Assembly: GCA_963803435.1 (NCBI GenBank)
Contig: CAWDML010000008.1
Location: 352,001-416,000, forward strand
DNA: 64,000 bases
DNA from: an uncultured delta proteobacterium
GTDB taxonomy: Bacteria > Myxococcota > Kuafuiibacteriia > Kuafuiibacteriales > Kuafuiibacteriaceae
Direction of reading: 5' to 3'
The notes under the pieces were generated by a model. The model had not been told where the DNA came from, did not search any database, and saw only the letters and a list, made by a program, of their open reading frames with translations. This document shows positions 21,307 through 32,205 of the stretch, piece by piece. A program made the position numbers and the translations under genes. Position 1 is the first letter of the stretch. The number at the start of each line of letters is the position of its first letter.

Positions 21307-21981
21307 CTACTGAACCGTGGCCTTCTTGATCCAGCTCAGGTTGGGGAAGTCGGCCTTCAGGTACTTGTTGCCCTCGGTCTGCACGCGGCCCTGGTTCGGC
21401 CCCTTGCCGCTGGGCGCGCCCTCTCCGTAGCCCGCGTAGAGCTTGTCCACCACGTCCATGTTGCGGACCTTGGCGAACGGCGAGAAGCCCATCTGATCGA
21501 GGCGCGCGTTGTTACCGAAGTTGACGAAGAACTGCGTGGTGCGCGTGTTGGGCCCGCCGGTGGCGAAGGACACCATCCCCCGGGTGTTGCTCTGCTTCAC
21601 CGGGTCGTCGTCGATGCGTGCGTCGCGCCATACCTTGTTCACGTTCGGATCGCCGTTGATCCCGACCTGCGCCATGAAGCCGCCGATCACGCGGAAGAAG
21701 GCGACGTCGTCGTAGTAGCCGGCCTTCACCAGGTTGTAGAAGCGATCGGCGCCCTTCGGGGACCAATCGCGCTGGACGTCGATCAGGATGTCGCCCGCGG
21801 TGGTCTCCAGCTTGACCGTGAACTTGTCGGGGGCCTTCGCCGTCGCCTTGCTCGGATCCATCAGCGCGGCGCGGTTGGTCTCCGCCTCCTTCTTGTTGGG
21901 CCCGGCGGTGCCTTCCTCGCTCTTGCAGGCGATGAACGCAGTGGTGAGCAGAAAGACGGAAAAGATGCGCTTGAACCTCAT
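21307..21981 (-). CDS. Cyclophilin-type peptidyl-prolyl isomerase (lipoprotein)
   Basis: Lipobox FIAC; FFRVIGGFMAQ, SNTRGMVSFA, RTTQFFVN. Confidence 0.92.
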   Translation of the reverse strand: MRFKRIFSVFLLTTAFIACKSEEGTAGPNKKEAETNRAALMDPSKATAKAPDKFTVKLETTAGDILIDVQRDWSPKGADRFYNLVKAGYYDDVAFFRVIGGFMAQVGINGDPNVNKVWRDARIDDDPVKQSNTRGMVSFATGGPNTRTTQFFVNFGNNARLDQMGFSPFAKVRNMDVVDKLYAGYGEGAPSGKGPNQGRVQTEGNKYLKADFPNLSWIKKATVQ

Positions 21982-22014
21982 GGGCGCGGACTCTCGTCAA
22001 GACCCCGCCTTCGG

Positions 22015-22785
22015 TCAAGGCCCGCGCGGCCGGTGACCTGCGCGCAGAGAGAGCGGCCAGCGGATGAGTCGCCGCGTGTCGGCCGCGCCCCAGATCTCCG
22101 TCAGGTCGCGGCAAAACGCGTCGAACGGGCCCGGGCCCTCGGCCTTCTCCAGCGCGCGCGTGGCCGACCAGGTCCCGAGGTACCCCGTCAGCCCCGCCAG
22201 ATCCCAAGTGGCCGTGACCTCGAGGGGAGGCGCCACCAGCTCGCGGTACGGAAACGCCAGCGAGCGGTAGCCGTCCTCCACGTGCCGGCGCTCGGGCGGC
22301 CAGTGCGGGCCGAGCACCTGCGTGTAGAGCTCCATGATGGCGCGATCGATCTCCGGCTCGACGAGCAGGATCCCGTAGGTCACCAGCACCACCGCCGCGC
22401 CCGGGCGCGTCGCGCGGTCAACCTCACGGTAGTACGCCGGAAGATCGAACCAGTGTGCCGCCTGCGCCGCAACGGCGAGGTCCGCGCTCCCCTCCGACAA
22501 CCCGCTCGCCTCGGCCGTCGCCCGGCGGTACTCGACGTTCGGGCGCGGCTCGGCTTGGGCGATCTGCTCGGCGCTCGCGTCAGTCGCGACGACCTGCTCG
22601 AAGCGTTCGGCGAGCAGCACCGAGAGCTGCCCCGAGCCACAGCCGGCGTCCCACGCGAGCGAACGCGCGGGGGCGATCGAGGCGAGGAATTCGATCAGCT
22701 CCATCGGATAGCGCGGCCGGTGGGCCGCGTAGCGATCCGCGTGGTGGGAGAAGTGGTCCTTGAAGGGGTGACCGCTGTGACGCAA
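22015..22785 (-). CDS. Class I SAM-dependent methyltransferase
   Basis: FKDHFS, WDAGCGSGQ, AQAAHWFD. Confidence 0.9.
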   Translation of the reverse strand: MRHSGHPFKDHFSHHADRYAAHRPRYPMELIEFLASIAPARSLAWDAGCGSGQLSVLLAERFEQVVATDASAEQIAQAEPRPNVEYRRATAEASGLSEGSADLAVAAQAAHWFDLPAYYREVDRATRPGAAVVLVTYGILLVEPEIDRAIMELYTQVLGPHWPPERRHVEDGYRSLAFPYRELVAPPLEVTATWDLAGLTGYLGTWSATRALEKAEGPGPFDAFCRDLTEIWGAADTRRLIRWPLSLRAGHRPRGP

Positions 22786-22866
22786 TGGCTCACAGCAGGC
22801 TTCGTTGTCCGCGCGCCGTCAAGCGGCAGGTGACCGTCGCGCAGACCGCGTGCTATTCGCGCTCGG

Positions 22867-23556
22867 ATGGAGCGGAGCGACGAGCTCGAGCTGATGGATG
22901 ATCTCTCGATCGAGGGCGAGGAGCTCGAGGTGACGCTCGCCGAGATCGAGACCATCAACCGAACGCTCGGCGGCTACGCACCCAGCGTCGAGGGGCTGGC
23001 GTCGCTGGTGCCGCCTTCGATGCGGCGGGTCACCGTGCTCGACGTGGGGACGGGCGGCGCAGACCTGCCGCGGCGCATGGTGGAGTGGGGGCGCGCCCGC
23101 GGCGTCGACGTGCGCGTCAAGGCGATCGATCTCACCGAGACCACCATCGGCCGCGCTCGCCGGCTGTCGCAGTCGTACCCCGAGATCGAGGTCGAGCGGA
23201 TCAACCTCTTCGATCTGGAGGAGAGCGAGCCGTTCGACGTCGTGCACGCCGCGCTGGTGCTCCACCACTTTCCCGGACGCGCCACCGTCGACGCGATCCG
23301 GAAGATGTTCGCGCTGTCCCGGCTGGGCGTGGTGGTGAACGACCTCCACCGACACGTGGTGGCGTGGGCCTCGATCAAGGTCCTGACGCGGATCTTCGCG
23401 CGGAGCCGGCTGGTCCGGAATGACGGGCCGCTCTCGGTGCGACGCGGCTTCATCCGCGACGATCTGATCGCGATCTGCCGCGAGGCGTCGGTCCCGGCAC
23501 CCGAGCTGTCCTGGCGGCCCATGTTTCGCTGGCAGATGTTGATCCGACGCACGTGA
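22867..23556 (+). CDS. Methyltransferase domain protein
   Basis: ELMDD, VLDVGTGGAD, LVLHHF, NDLHR, DGPLSVRRGF. Confidence 0.85.
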   Translation: MERSDELELMDDLSIEGEELEVTLAEIETINRTLGGYAPSVEGLASLVPPSMRRVTVLDVGTGGADLPRRMVEWGRARGVDVRVKAIDLTETTIGRARRLSQSYPEIEVERINLFDLEESEPFDVVHAALVLHHFPGRATVDAIRKMFALSRLGVVVNDLHRHVVAWASIKVLTRIFARSRLVRNDGPLSVRRGFIRDDLIAICREASVPAPELSWRPMFRWQMLIRRT

Positions 23557-23586
23557 CACGTCCGACCGATCGCGTAGTCTGATCCG

Positions 23587-24846
23587 GTGCGCCCCGTCCT
23601 CGTCCTGGCGATCGTGATGGCCGGTCCCGCTCTCTCTGCCTGCAGGCAGCGTTGCGACGGGAACCTCGAGTGCGGCACCGGCTCGTACTGCTCGGGGCAG
23701 CACCGCTGCGAGATCGACTGCTTCGTGAACGACGACTGCCGGATGCCGATCGAGTGCCGCGCCAACCCGGACAACTGCGCGCCGAAGGGCCTCTACTGCT
23801 CCCAGCACGGCAAGTGCGTCGGTCCGGTGGGAGAGCGGCCGGATCCCGAGACCTACGTGCCCGGCTTCGAGAAGCCGACCGACGGCTGGACCACGCCGGT
23901 GGGCGCGGGCCTGACGTTCGTGATGAACGCGATCCAGGTGGGCGAGCAAGGGGTCGGCTTCGATCTGGACGGAAAGGGCGGTATCGACAACGTCCTCCAC
24001 GCGATCGGCCCTCAGGTGAACAACTCGATCACCCAAGGGATCCGGAGCGGCGATGTGCTGCTGCTGGTCGAGATCGCCGGCCTCGACCTGCCCTACACCG
24101 GCAACGACGACTCGGTGACGCTGAAGCTGTATGGAGGTGTCGACGCCGACAACCCGATCAACAACGCCAACAACCTCGCGGTGCCACCCGGGCAGGAAGG
24201 ACCTTGCTGCCAGTTCAAGGTGGACAGCCGCTGGCTGACGGTCGAGAACGACACGGTCCAGGCGACCGTGCGGGCACCAGCGTTCGTGAAGAACGGCCGC
24301 CTCTACGCGCCGACCAACTTTCCCCACTACAGCTTCGACGTTCAGTTCCTGCTGACCGTCGGGCTGCCGCCGTTCAAGACCATCGTCATCTCGAGCTCGC
24401 AGCTCCAGGTCGATCTCGACAGCGACCTCGGTCAACTGCGGCGTGGGGTGCTGGGCGGCGGGCTGACCGCCAACTCGCTCGCGGCGATCGACAATCCGTT
24501 CTGCGGAACGCGCGGACCGACATGCCCCTCGGGGAACCCGGCGTCCACCCTGCTCGACCTGGTCTCGTATCTCGCGGGTCCGGCGCCGGACGTCGACGTC
24601 GACGCCGACGGCCGAGAGTGCGCGCTCGACACGACCGGTGACCAGATCATCGATCTGTGCTGCGACGGCGCCGGCGCCTCGGTGTGCTCCGCCTCGGATC
24701 GCGTGTGCGCCGATTCACAGATCCCGGACGACCCCGGCGATCCGGGGAGCTGCACCCGATCCGCGCGATTGACCGACGGATACTCGGTCGCGTTCACCTT
24801 CACGGCGGTTCCGGCGCAGATCGTGGGTACGGGTACACGCCGCTAG
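23587..24846 (+). CDS. Cys-rich hypothetical lipoprotein
   Basis: Lipobox LSAC, Cys-rich N-terminus, GFDLDG..GIDN motif. Confidence 0.7.
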   Translation: MRPVLVLAIVMAGPALSACRQRCDGNLECGTGSYCSGQHRCEIDCFVNDDCRMPIECRANPDNCAPKGLYCSQHGKCVGPVGERPDPETYVPGFEKPTDGWTTPVGAGLTFVMNAIQVGEQGVGFDLDGKGGIDNVLHAIGPQVNNSITQGIRSGDVLLLVEIAGLDLPYTGNDDSVTLKLYGGVDADNPINNANNLAVPPGQEGPCCQFKVDSRWLTVENDTVQATVRAPAFVKNGRLYAPTNFPHYSFDVQFLLTVGLPPFKTIVISSSQLQVDLDSDLGQLRRGVLGGGLTANSLAAIDNPFCGTRGPTCPSGNPASTLLDLVSYLAGPAPDVDVDADGRECALDTTGDQIIDLCCDGAGASVCSASDRVCADSQIPDDPGDPGSCTRSARLTDGYSVAFTFTAVPAQIVGTGTRR

Positions 24847-24896
24847 CCCGAACAGGGGTTGTGAAACGATCTCGAATGCGCGACGTATAGAGAATC

Positions 24897-25361
24897 ATGG
24901 CAGGGAGGATCCGCTTCATATCCTACATTGGGCTCTTGGCCCTGATCGCCTGCGGCGGCGAGCCGACCACCCAGGGTCGAAAGAGCTGCGTGGATGACGC
25001 CCGGGCCGCCACCTACGCGGCGGGCCTCGAGACTCCCAGCATGGAGGGGATGTTCATGTCCCGCCTGGTCGATGGGACGCCGGCCCCTCCAGACCGAGGC
25101 AACAACACCTGGATGCTCGAGATCCTCGATCCGAGCGGATCTCCCATGTCCGAAGTGACCGACGTCCGCGTCAAGGCTTGGATGCCGGACCACGGACACG
25201 GTACCAATCCGTTGTGGAACCCCGCGACCGAGCAGCCGGACGGCGAGTTCGAGGTCGGCCCGTTCAACCTCTTCATGCCCGGCCTCTGGCAGTTCACGGT
25301 CGAGGTCACGACGCCCACCCAGACCGACACCGCCGTCGTCTCCTTCTGCGTCCAGGGCTGA
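24897..25361 (+). CDS. FixH/YtkA-like lipoprotein
   Basis: Lipobox LIAC; WMPDHGHG and LFMPGLW motifs. Confidence 0.75.
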   Translation: MAGRIRFISYIGLLALIACGGEPTTQGRKSCVDDARAATYAAGLETPSMEGMFMSRLVDGTPAPPDRGNNTWMLEILDPSGSPMSEVTDVRVKAWMPDHGHGTNPLWNPATEQPDGEFEVGPFNLFMPGLWQFTVEVTTPTQTDTAVVSFCVQG

Positions 25362-26698
25362 TGCGCGCCGCCGCCGCGCTCGCGTGGGCGGCGCTCCTCG
25401 CCGGCTGCAGTGATCAAAAAGATCTCGATCTCCCCGGCCTGATGGATCCGGCCAACTGTCAGACCTGCCATCCCGATCATTATCGCGAGTGGTCGGGCAG
25501 CATGCACGCGTACGCGTCCGACGATCCCATCTTCCGCGCGATGAACGCTCGGGGGCAGCGGGAGAACGGCCTGGGAGACTTCTGCGTCAAGTGCCATGCG
25601 CCGGTCGCGCTCCGCGAGGGCCTGACCACCGACGGCCTCAACCTCGACGACGTCCCCCAGTCGATGAAGGGCGTGACCTGCTTCTTCTGCCACTCGGCCG
25701 AGAAGACCACCGACGATCACAACGCAGCGATCGATCTCGCCGATGATCTGGTGATGCGGGGCGGGCTCGAGGATCCCACGGACAACACCGCCCACAAGGC
25801 GGAGTTCGCGACGCAGTTCGATCGGTTCAACCTCGAGAGCTCGAAGGTCTGCGGCAGCTGCCACGACATCGTGACGCCCAAGGGCGTCGAGCTGGAGCGA
25901 ACGTTCAAGGAGTGGCGCGGCTCGCTGTTCGCGCATGACACGCCCGCGGAGAGGAACACCTGCCCCTCCTGCCACATGCAGGGCCGCGAGGGCGTGGCCG
26001 CCGAGGCCGACGGCGTGCCGCTCCGGCGCGTACACGACCATCGCATGGCGGCGGTGGATCTCGCGCTCACCGACTTCCCTGGGTCGGACGATCAGCGCGA
26101 CCGCGCCCAGTTCAACCTGGACCCGGTGGTGATCCTCCAGATCTGCGTGGTGCGGATCCAGGGCGGGTTGAGCGTGCGCGTGAGCGTCGAGAACTTCGCC
26201 GCCGGCCATGCCTGGCCCAGCGGTGCGGCCCAGGATCGCCGCGCCTGGGTCGAGCTCCGTGCGTTCCTCGGTGACAACGAGGTGTTCTCGACAGGCGTGG
26301 TCCCCGAGGGGACCCCGATGGTGGATGTCGCGGCGCAGGATCCGAACTTCTGGCGGATCGGCGACGAGATCACCGACGCCGACGGCAATCCCGTGCACAT
26401 GTTTTGGGACGCGGAGGGCTACCAGTCGATGCTGCTGCCTGCACCCACCGCGCTCTCCCCGCTCGATCCGCGCTACACCGATCCCCACGTGGTGCGCATC
26501 TTCCAGCTCGACACCGTGGCGGATCGGATCGAGAGCGCGGTCTATCTGCGGCCGGTCGGGCTGGACGTGATCGACGATCTGATCGACAGCGGCGATCTCG
26601 ACCCGAGCTACCGCGACAAGATCAGCACCTACTCGCTGGGCGCGGCACACGTGGTCTGGAAGGCCGAGGAGGGCCGCGACTGCGAGCCGATCCTGTGA
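25361..26698 (+). CDS. Multiheme (penta-heme) c-type cytochrome lipoprotein
   Basis: Five CxxCH motifs: CQTCH, CVKCH, CFFCH, CGSCH, CPSCH; lipobox LAGC; ATG overlaps the upstream TGA. Confidence 0.9.
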   Translation: MRAAAALAWAALLAGCSDQKDLDLPGLMDPANCQTCHPDHYREWSGSMHAYASDDPIFRAMNARGQRENGLGDFCVKCHAPVALREGLTTDGLNLDDVPQSMKGVTCFFCHSAEKTTDDHNAAIDLADDLVMRGGLEDPTDNTAHKAEFATQFDRFNLESSKVCGSCHDIVTPKGVELERTFKEWRGSLFAHDTPAERNTCPSCHMQGREGVAAEADGVPLRRVHDHRMAAVDLALTDFPGSDDQRDRAQFNLDPVVILQICVVRIQGGLSVRVSVENFAAGHAWPSGAAQDRRAWVELRAFLGDNEVFSTGVVPEGTPMVDVAAQDPNFWRIGDEITDADGNPVHMFWDAEGYQSMLLPAPTALSPLDPRYTDPHVVRIFQLDTVADRIESAVYLRPVGLDVIDDLIDSGDLDPSYRDKISTYSLGAAHVVWKAEEGRDCEPIL

Positions 26699-27381
26699 TG
26701 ATCTGGAGAAAGGACGGCGCCGTGCGCTCCACGCTGACCTCGCTGGTCTCGCTCTCGCTGCTGCTCGCCTGCGCCGAGAAGCCGGAGAAGGGCGTGGTCG
26801 GCCCCGCGGCGGCGGCGCCTCCGCCGGTGGTGCTGGACGGACCGCTGGATCTCGGCCAGGGCGCCGTGGCCACCGGCGTGAAGATGAAGAACGTCGACGG
26901 ACGGATGATCGCGATCGAGGACGTGGCGGGCCCGAAGGGCACGCTGGTGGTCTTCACCTGCAATCATTGTCCATGGGCCAAGGCGTGGGAGGAGCGGCTG
27001 GTGGCGACGGCCAACGCCTATCTGGATCGGGGCGTCGGCGTCATCGCGATCAACTCCAACGATCCCACCTCCTATGAGGACGACAGCTTCGAGAGCATGA
27101 AGCTGCGCGCGAAGGAGCGGGGCATGCGGTTCCCGTATGTCGTGGACGCCACCTCCGACGTGGCGCGCGCGTACGGCGCCACCAAGACGCCCGAGATCTT
27201 CCTGTTCGACGCGGACCAGAAGCTCGTCTACTACGGGGCGGTCGACGACAACGCCGAGGCGCCTGACCACGTCGAGCAGCACTGGCTCAAGGACGCGCTC
27301 GAAGCCCTGGTGCAGGGCCAGCCGATCCCGGTGGCCTCCAGCAAGGCCATGGGTTGCTCGATCAAGTTCCGGCCGGATTAA
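26698..27381 (+). CDS. Thioredoxin-fold AhpC/TSA family lipoprotein
   Basis: FTCNHCPW, AINSND, YGATKTPE, GCSIK; start may instead be GTG at 26722. Confidence 0.88.
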   Translation: MIWRKDGAVRSTLTSLVSLSLLLACAEKPEKGVVGPAAAAPPPVVLDGPLDLGQGAVATGVKMKNVDGRMIAIEDVAGPKGTLVVFTCNHCPWAKAWEERLVATANAYLDRGVGVIAINSNDPTSYEDDSFESMKLRAKERGMRFPYVVDATSDVARAYGATKTPEIFLFDADQKLVYYGAVDDNAEAPDHVEQHWLKDALEALVQGQPIPVASSKAMGCSIKFRPD

Positions 27382-27435
27382 AATGAAACATGAGCTTATC
27401 CAGGGGGTTAGGACGCCTTGCCTTTCAGACATGAA

Positions 27436-27454
27436 ATTGAGTATCATTCTCAAT
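27436..27454. promoter_or_regulatory. Probable Fur box upstream of bfd-bfr
   Basis: 19-bp near-palindrome ATTGAG-TATCATT-CTCAAT in an AT-rich patch, 4 nt before the bfd ATG. Confidence 0.75.
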
Positions 27455-27458
27455 ATCG

Positions 27459-27674
27459 ATGATCGTCTGCGTCTGCAAGCGGGTTTCCGATAAGAAGATC
27501 CTGAACGTCATCCAGGAGGGCGCCGACAGCGTGGAGCAGGTGACCCGGGGCTGTGGCGCAGGCGGAGATTGCGGCGCGTGCCGGCGAATGATCGGCGACC
27601 TGATCGAGACGCATCACCCGGAGGCCCAAGATGGCTTGCGCGCAGCCGAGCGAGCCGATAGACGCGCCGCATGA
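27459..27674 (+). CDS. bfd: Bacterioferritin-associated ferredoxin
   Basis: MIVCVC...[10 protein letters not shown]; ATGA overlap with bfr. Confidence 0.92.
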   Translation: MIVCVCKRVSDKKILNVIQEGADSVEQVTRGCGAGGDCGACRRMIGDLIETHHPEAQDGLRAAERADRRAA

Positions 27675-28141
27675 AGGGCGACCCAGCGATCATCGACCTC
27701 CTCAACGAAGTCCTCACGGGAGAGCTCACCTCGGTCAACCAGTACTGGGTTCACGCCCGGATGTGTCGCAATTGGGGTTACCTCAAGCTCTGGCAAAAAA
27801 TTCGGGCCGAATCGATCGACGAGATGAAGCACGCCGACGAGCTGGTGGAGCGTATCCTCTACCTGGAAGGGATGCCGAACCTGCAGCGCCTCGGCAAGAT
27901 CGTCGTCGGTGAGACGGTGAAGGAGCAGATGACGCTCGACCTCGACCTGGAGAAGGCCGCCCTCACGCGCCTCAACGCAGGCGTCGCCCAGTGCCGGGAC
28001 AAGGGGGACAACGGGACCCGCGCCATGCTGGAGAAGATCCTGGTCTCCGAAGAGGAGCACGTCGACTGGCTCGAGACGCAGCTCGATTCGATCGCGAACT
28101 TGGGCGAGACCGCGTACCTCGCCGAACAAATGCACGAGTGA
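27671..28141 (+). CDS. bfr: Bacterioferritin
   Basis: [42 protein letters not shown]. Confidence 0.96.
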   Translation: MKGDPAIIDLLNEVLTGELTSVNQYWVHARMCRNWGYLKLWQKIRAESIDEMKHADELVERILYLEGMPNLQRLGKIVVGETVKEQMTLDLDLEKAALTRLNAGVAQCRDKGDNGTRAMLEKILVSEEEHVDWLETQLDSIANLGETAYLAEQMHE

Positions 28142-28151
28142 GGCTTCGCCG

Positions 28152-29724
28152 ATGACCTGCCACTCGCGGGCCGCGCTCGGCCTGTGCGCATTGCTCGCGT
28201 CGTGCTCGAGCAATGCCGCCCAGGGCGCCGAAAAGCCCACGCCTTCGACCGGCCGTACGCCCCCGGCCCGGCGCTCACCGCTGGGCATGAACCTCAACTT
28301 CGTCAGCTACAGCACGAGCGGCGTTCCCTTCGCCGACGCCATGAAAGTGGCGATGCCCTGGATCTCCGCGTACGACCGACGTCTGGAACGACGGCCGGCC
28401 GCTGGCGCGCGACGCGTCGGGAGCCCTGGTCAGCCTCCTCGACAAGCAGCACGCGGCCACGCTGGTCCCGTCCGGGAGCGGGGGCCGGTTCTTGGTGCTC
28501 TGGAAGGGGAAGGGCCGGATCGTGGTGGACGATCCGGCGAAGACGCTCGACGAGGGCAAGAATCGGCTCTCGATCGAGGTGCCGCCCCACACCGAGTTCG
28601 TCCTCGACGTCGTCGAGGTGGATCCGAAGGCGCCCGTGCACGACGTCTCGGTGGTCCCGGAGGCGCTGGAGAAGACGTTCGAGAAGGACGTGTTCAACCC
28701 GCACTTCCTGGAGCGACTGGCGCCCTTCTCGGTGATCCGTTTCCTCGAGTGGTCACGCATCAACGGCTCGGGGCTGAAGCGCTGGGAGGATCGGCCGCGT
28801 CCGGAGTGGACGTTCCAGTCCACCGACGCCGGCGTCGCGTACGAGTATCAGATCGATCTCGTGAACCGGCTCGAGAGCGATCTCTGGTTGTGCGTGCCGC
28901 ACCTCGCCGATGACGACTTCGTGAAGAACCTCGCCCAGCTGGTGGAGAAGCGGCTGCGCCCCGCCGGCAAGGTGTACGTGGAGTGGTCGAACGAGGTCTG
29001 GAACGACGCCGGCCCCTTCACGCAGTCGAAGTATGCGCGAGAGCGAGGCCGGGAGCTCAAGCTCGAGCCCGACGACGAGAACGTGGCACGGCTTCGATTC
29101 CAGGCTCGCCGCAGCAAGCAGGTCTTCCAGATCTTCTCCAGCGTGATCAAGAAGCCGGGGCGGCTGGTCCGGGTGGTGGCCAGCCAGAACGGCAACGTGT
29201 TCGCGCACCGGACGCTGCTCGACTTCGAGGGCCTCCGCGAGGTCACGGACGCGCTCGCCGTCGCTCCCTACTTCGGCAACGAGATCGGCGCGGCCGATCG
29301 AGAGGCCTGGCTCAAGCGGAGCTCGCCGGAGGAGATCCTCGACCACCTGGAGAAGAAGAGCCTCCCCGAGGTCGTGGGTTGGATCCAAGACTCGGCGAAG
29401 GTGGCCAAGTCGTACGGGATCGATCTGATCGCCTACGAGGGCGGCCAGCATCTGGTGGCGAGCCCCGACATCCACAACAACCCGGGCGTGAACGAGAAGC
29501 TCGACGCGGTGAACCGGCACCCGCGGATGAAGAAGCTGACGCTCCAGCTCCTCGAGGCCTGGCGTGCGAGCGGCGGGAAGACGTTCGTCTACTACTCGTT
29601 CGCCAGCCCACCCGGAAAGTGGGGCCGCTTCGGCGCGCTCGAGTACCTCGATCAACCGGTCGATCAGGCGAACAAGTATGCGGCGCTCCTCGAGTTCATG
29701 AAGGCCAACCCGACCTGGTGGTGA
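28152..29724 (+). CDS. Putative glycoside hydrolase/cellulose-binding-like lipoprotein (frameshift at ~28371)
   Basis: N-part LGMNL...PFADAMK..PWIS joins TTDVWNDGRPL... after removing one base; core motifs IRFLEW, VYVEWSNEVWN, IAYEGGQH. Confidence 0.7.
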
Positions 29725-29832
29725 TGCCCGCGCCGTGCACCTCGGTGTTGGCAGTGCACACGGCTCGACGGCGGTGAGGCTCGGAAAGCCACACGATCGC
29801 GAGTGGCGCACGCCTTGTAACGGGCCTCCTCG

Positions 29833-30357
29833 ATGCGAACGCCCGCAGTGCTGTTGCTCTCGATCACATGCGGATGCTCGGCGGTGAGCATGGAGCTCAT
29901 GCGGCTGCCTGCCGCCGAGATTACGGTGCGGATCGAAGCCCCCCCTGCGCCGGTGCCCGAGCCGATCACGAAGATCGAGATCGACGAGCAGATCCAGTTC
30001 GCGACCTGGAAGGCGGAGATCCTGCCTCCCTCCTTCGGGACGCTCGACGAGGTCGCCGAGACGCTCCAGGCGCACCGCGAGTTGACGCGGATCGAGATCC
30101 AGGGACACACGGCCGAGGCGAACCGGCCGGAGCGCACGCAGCGGCTCTCCGAGGCGCGTGCGGAGGCGGTGCGGAAGTATCTGATCGAGAAGGGTGTGGA
30201 GCCGGAGCGGCTGGTCGCGAAGGGCTATGGAGCCGATCGACCGGTGGCCGACAACGAGACGGCGGACGGACGCAGCCGAAACCGCCGCGTGGAGTTCATC
30301 GTCCTGGAGCGCGAGACCGGCGCGGACCAGATGGCGGCGGCAGGAGGCCGACAATGA
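29833..30357 (+). CDS. OmpA family protein
   Basis: IEIQGHT, LSEARAEAVRKYL, GYGADRPVADN, NRRVEF. Confidence 0.9.
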   Translation: MRTPAVLLLSITCGCSAVSMELMRLPAAEITVRIEAPPAPVPEPITKIEIDEQIQFATWKAEILPPSFGTLDEVAETLQAHRELTRIEIQGHTAEANRPERTQRLSEARAEAVRKYLIEKGVEPERLVAKGYGADRPVADNETADGRSRNRRVEFIVLERETGADQMAAAGGRQ

Positions 30358-30725
30358 GTCGTCGGGTAGCGATCGCATCCCTGGTGCTGGCGATCGGGGG
30401 AGCGGCGTGTGCGGGCGGCGGGGTCTCGCAGGCCGTGAAGCAGGATCTGGAGCAGACGGTCGCTGCGGCGCAGGGGCCGATCCAGCTCTGCTACCGTCAG
30501 GCGCTCGAGACGAACGCCGCGGCCGAGGGGGACATCGTCCTCGAGTTCGAGGTCGAGAAGGGGAAGCGGGAGCTCGTCAACGTGAAGGTGGAGACCACCA
30601 CGATCAACGAGCCGAAGCTCGAGCAGTGCGTAGTCCAGGAGACCGCGGAGCTGTCGCTCTCGAAGGCGCCGGAGACCAAGGTGGCGGTCACGTACCCGAT
30701 GCACTTCAAAAAGATCGAAGAGTGA
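30354..30725 (+). CDS. AgmX/PglI (TonB C-terminal-like) domain lipoprotein
   Basis: Lipobox AACAG; IQLCYRQALETN..AEG...LEQCV...YPMHF. Confidence 0.7.
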   Translation: MSRRVAIASLVLAIGGAACAGGGVSQAVKQDLEQTVAAAQGPIQLCYRQALETNAAAEGDIVLEFEVEKGKRELVNVKVETTTINEPKLEQCVVQETAELSLSKAPETKVAVTYPMHFKKIEE

Positions 30726-31356
30726 GGTCGGAGAGCCGCGCGCGCAGCGCCCTCATGAACGCCGCGCCGGGATCGATCTTCCGGGTCCGATACGCCGGAT
30801 CGCGCTCGACGAAGTACGGGTGCTTCTCCAGGTGCCGATATTCGTGGTGCCCGATCAGGTGGGTGATCGGGAAGCGCGCGACGAGCGAGCGAACCAGCCG
30901 GGCGTCCGCGGCGAGCTGCGCGTCGGTCAGCGGCGACTTCTCGTTGCCGCCCACGTTCTCGATCCCGATGGCGACGTGGTTGAGCCCGATGCAATGACGA
31001 GCCATCCAGGTCTCGGGCATGAGCCGATAGATCGTGCCGTCGCGATCGACGAGGAAGTGGGCCGACACGTTGACGGCGCCGGCCTTCGCGATCTGCCGCC
31101 GGCCGGCCTCGATGCGCGTCCGATCGAAGTACGCGAAGGAAGCCGCCAGCGTATCGAAGGCCGTGTGGTGGATGACGATGACCTTCGGCGTGATGGTGAT
31201 GTCCCGGGCGGCGGGATCCTGGTGAGCTCTCCGGTAGTCGAGGGTGAGAGCGCGGCGCTCGGCGTCGAAGTGGACGGGGCGGTCGACGATCTCGATCTTC
31301 GCGCCGGCCGGTGGCAGTGCGACGAGCAGGGCGAGCGCTGGCAGCGGAATTGGCAC
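30706..31356 (-). CDS. N-acetylmuramoyl-L-alanine amidase (Amidase_2)
   Basis: IVIHHT, VSAHFLVDRDG, IGIENVG, LIGHHE, KIDPG. Confidence 0.9.
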   Translation of the reverse strand: MPIPLPALALLVALPPAGAKIEIVDRPVHFDAERRALTLDYRRAHQDPAARDITITPKVIVIHHTAFDTLAASFAYFDRTRIEAGRRQIAKAGAVNVSAHFLVDRDGTIYRLMPETWMARHCIGLNHVAIGIENVGGNEKSPLTDAQLAADARLVRSLVARFPITHLIGHHEYRHLEKHPYFVERDPAYRTRKIDPGAAFMRALRARLSDLTLRSF

Positions 31357-31385
31357 GCGAGCTGGGGCATTATCGATCCTGAACG

Positions 31386-32205
31386 ATGAGCTTGGCAGGG
31401 GTCCTGACGATCTTGCTGGCGGCGCCTCCCTGGCCGGTCGCGCCCGAGGCGCGCCCGCTGGCCGAGCGACTGGCGCCTCCCGAGGGGTTCGTTCGCCTCC
31501 CGGTGGAGGAGGGGAGCTTCGGCGGCTGGCTGCGGGCCCTGCCCGTGAAGCCGGGACGCCCCGACGTGCGGTTGTTCGACGGCCGGCGGAAGGGCAACCA
31601 GGAGGCGCAGTGGCTGGTGCTGGACGTCGACGTCGGCTCGCGCGACCTCCAGCAGTGCGCCGATGCCGTCATGCGGCTGTTCGCGGAGTGGCAGTGGGCC
31701 TCCGGCGGGAAGGACCGGATCTGCTTCCGGTTCAGCAGCGGCCATCCGTCGGCGTGGTCGGCCTGGGCGAAGGGCCGCCGGCTGCGCGTGCGCGGGTCGC
31801 GCGTCGAGTCGGTGGAGGGGGCGCGGCCGGACCGGAGCTACCGCGGCTTTCGCAGCTATCTCGAGTCGGTGTTCACGTACGCGGGGACCTTCTCGCTCGC
31901 GCGCGACCTCACCAAGGTCTCAGATCCCTCGCTGATCCTCCCGGGTGACGTGTTCATCCACGGCGGGTTTCCGGGGCACGCGGTCGTGGTGGTCGACGTG
32001 GTGGCCAACGCGAAGGGCGAGCGAATGTTCGCGGTGGCGCAGAGCTACATGCCGGCGCAGGACATCCACGTGCTCAAGAACCCAGCCGGATCCGGGCCCT
32101 GGTATGCGGCGAAGCGAGCGGGCGAGCTGAAGACGCCGGAGTGGACGTTCGACTACGCAGATTCTCGAGCGCTTCGGACCGAGCGGATGTCCGTCCCTAC
32201 GGTAG
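31386..32205 (+). CDS. DUF4846-like exported protein (frameshift at ~32162 near the C-terminus)
   Basis: DLQQCADAVMRL, YAGTFSL, GGFPGHAV, AQSYMPAQDIH. Deleting one T at GATTC 32160-32164 gives ...FDYADLERFGPSGCPSLR* and removes a long overlap. Confidence 0.75.

Noticed and set aside
22867-23556. Methyltransferase as part of a type III PKS cluster
   Set aside because: No PKS or partner oxidoreductase is nearby.
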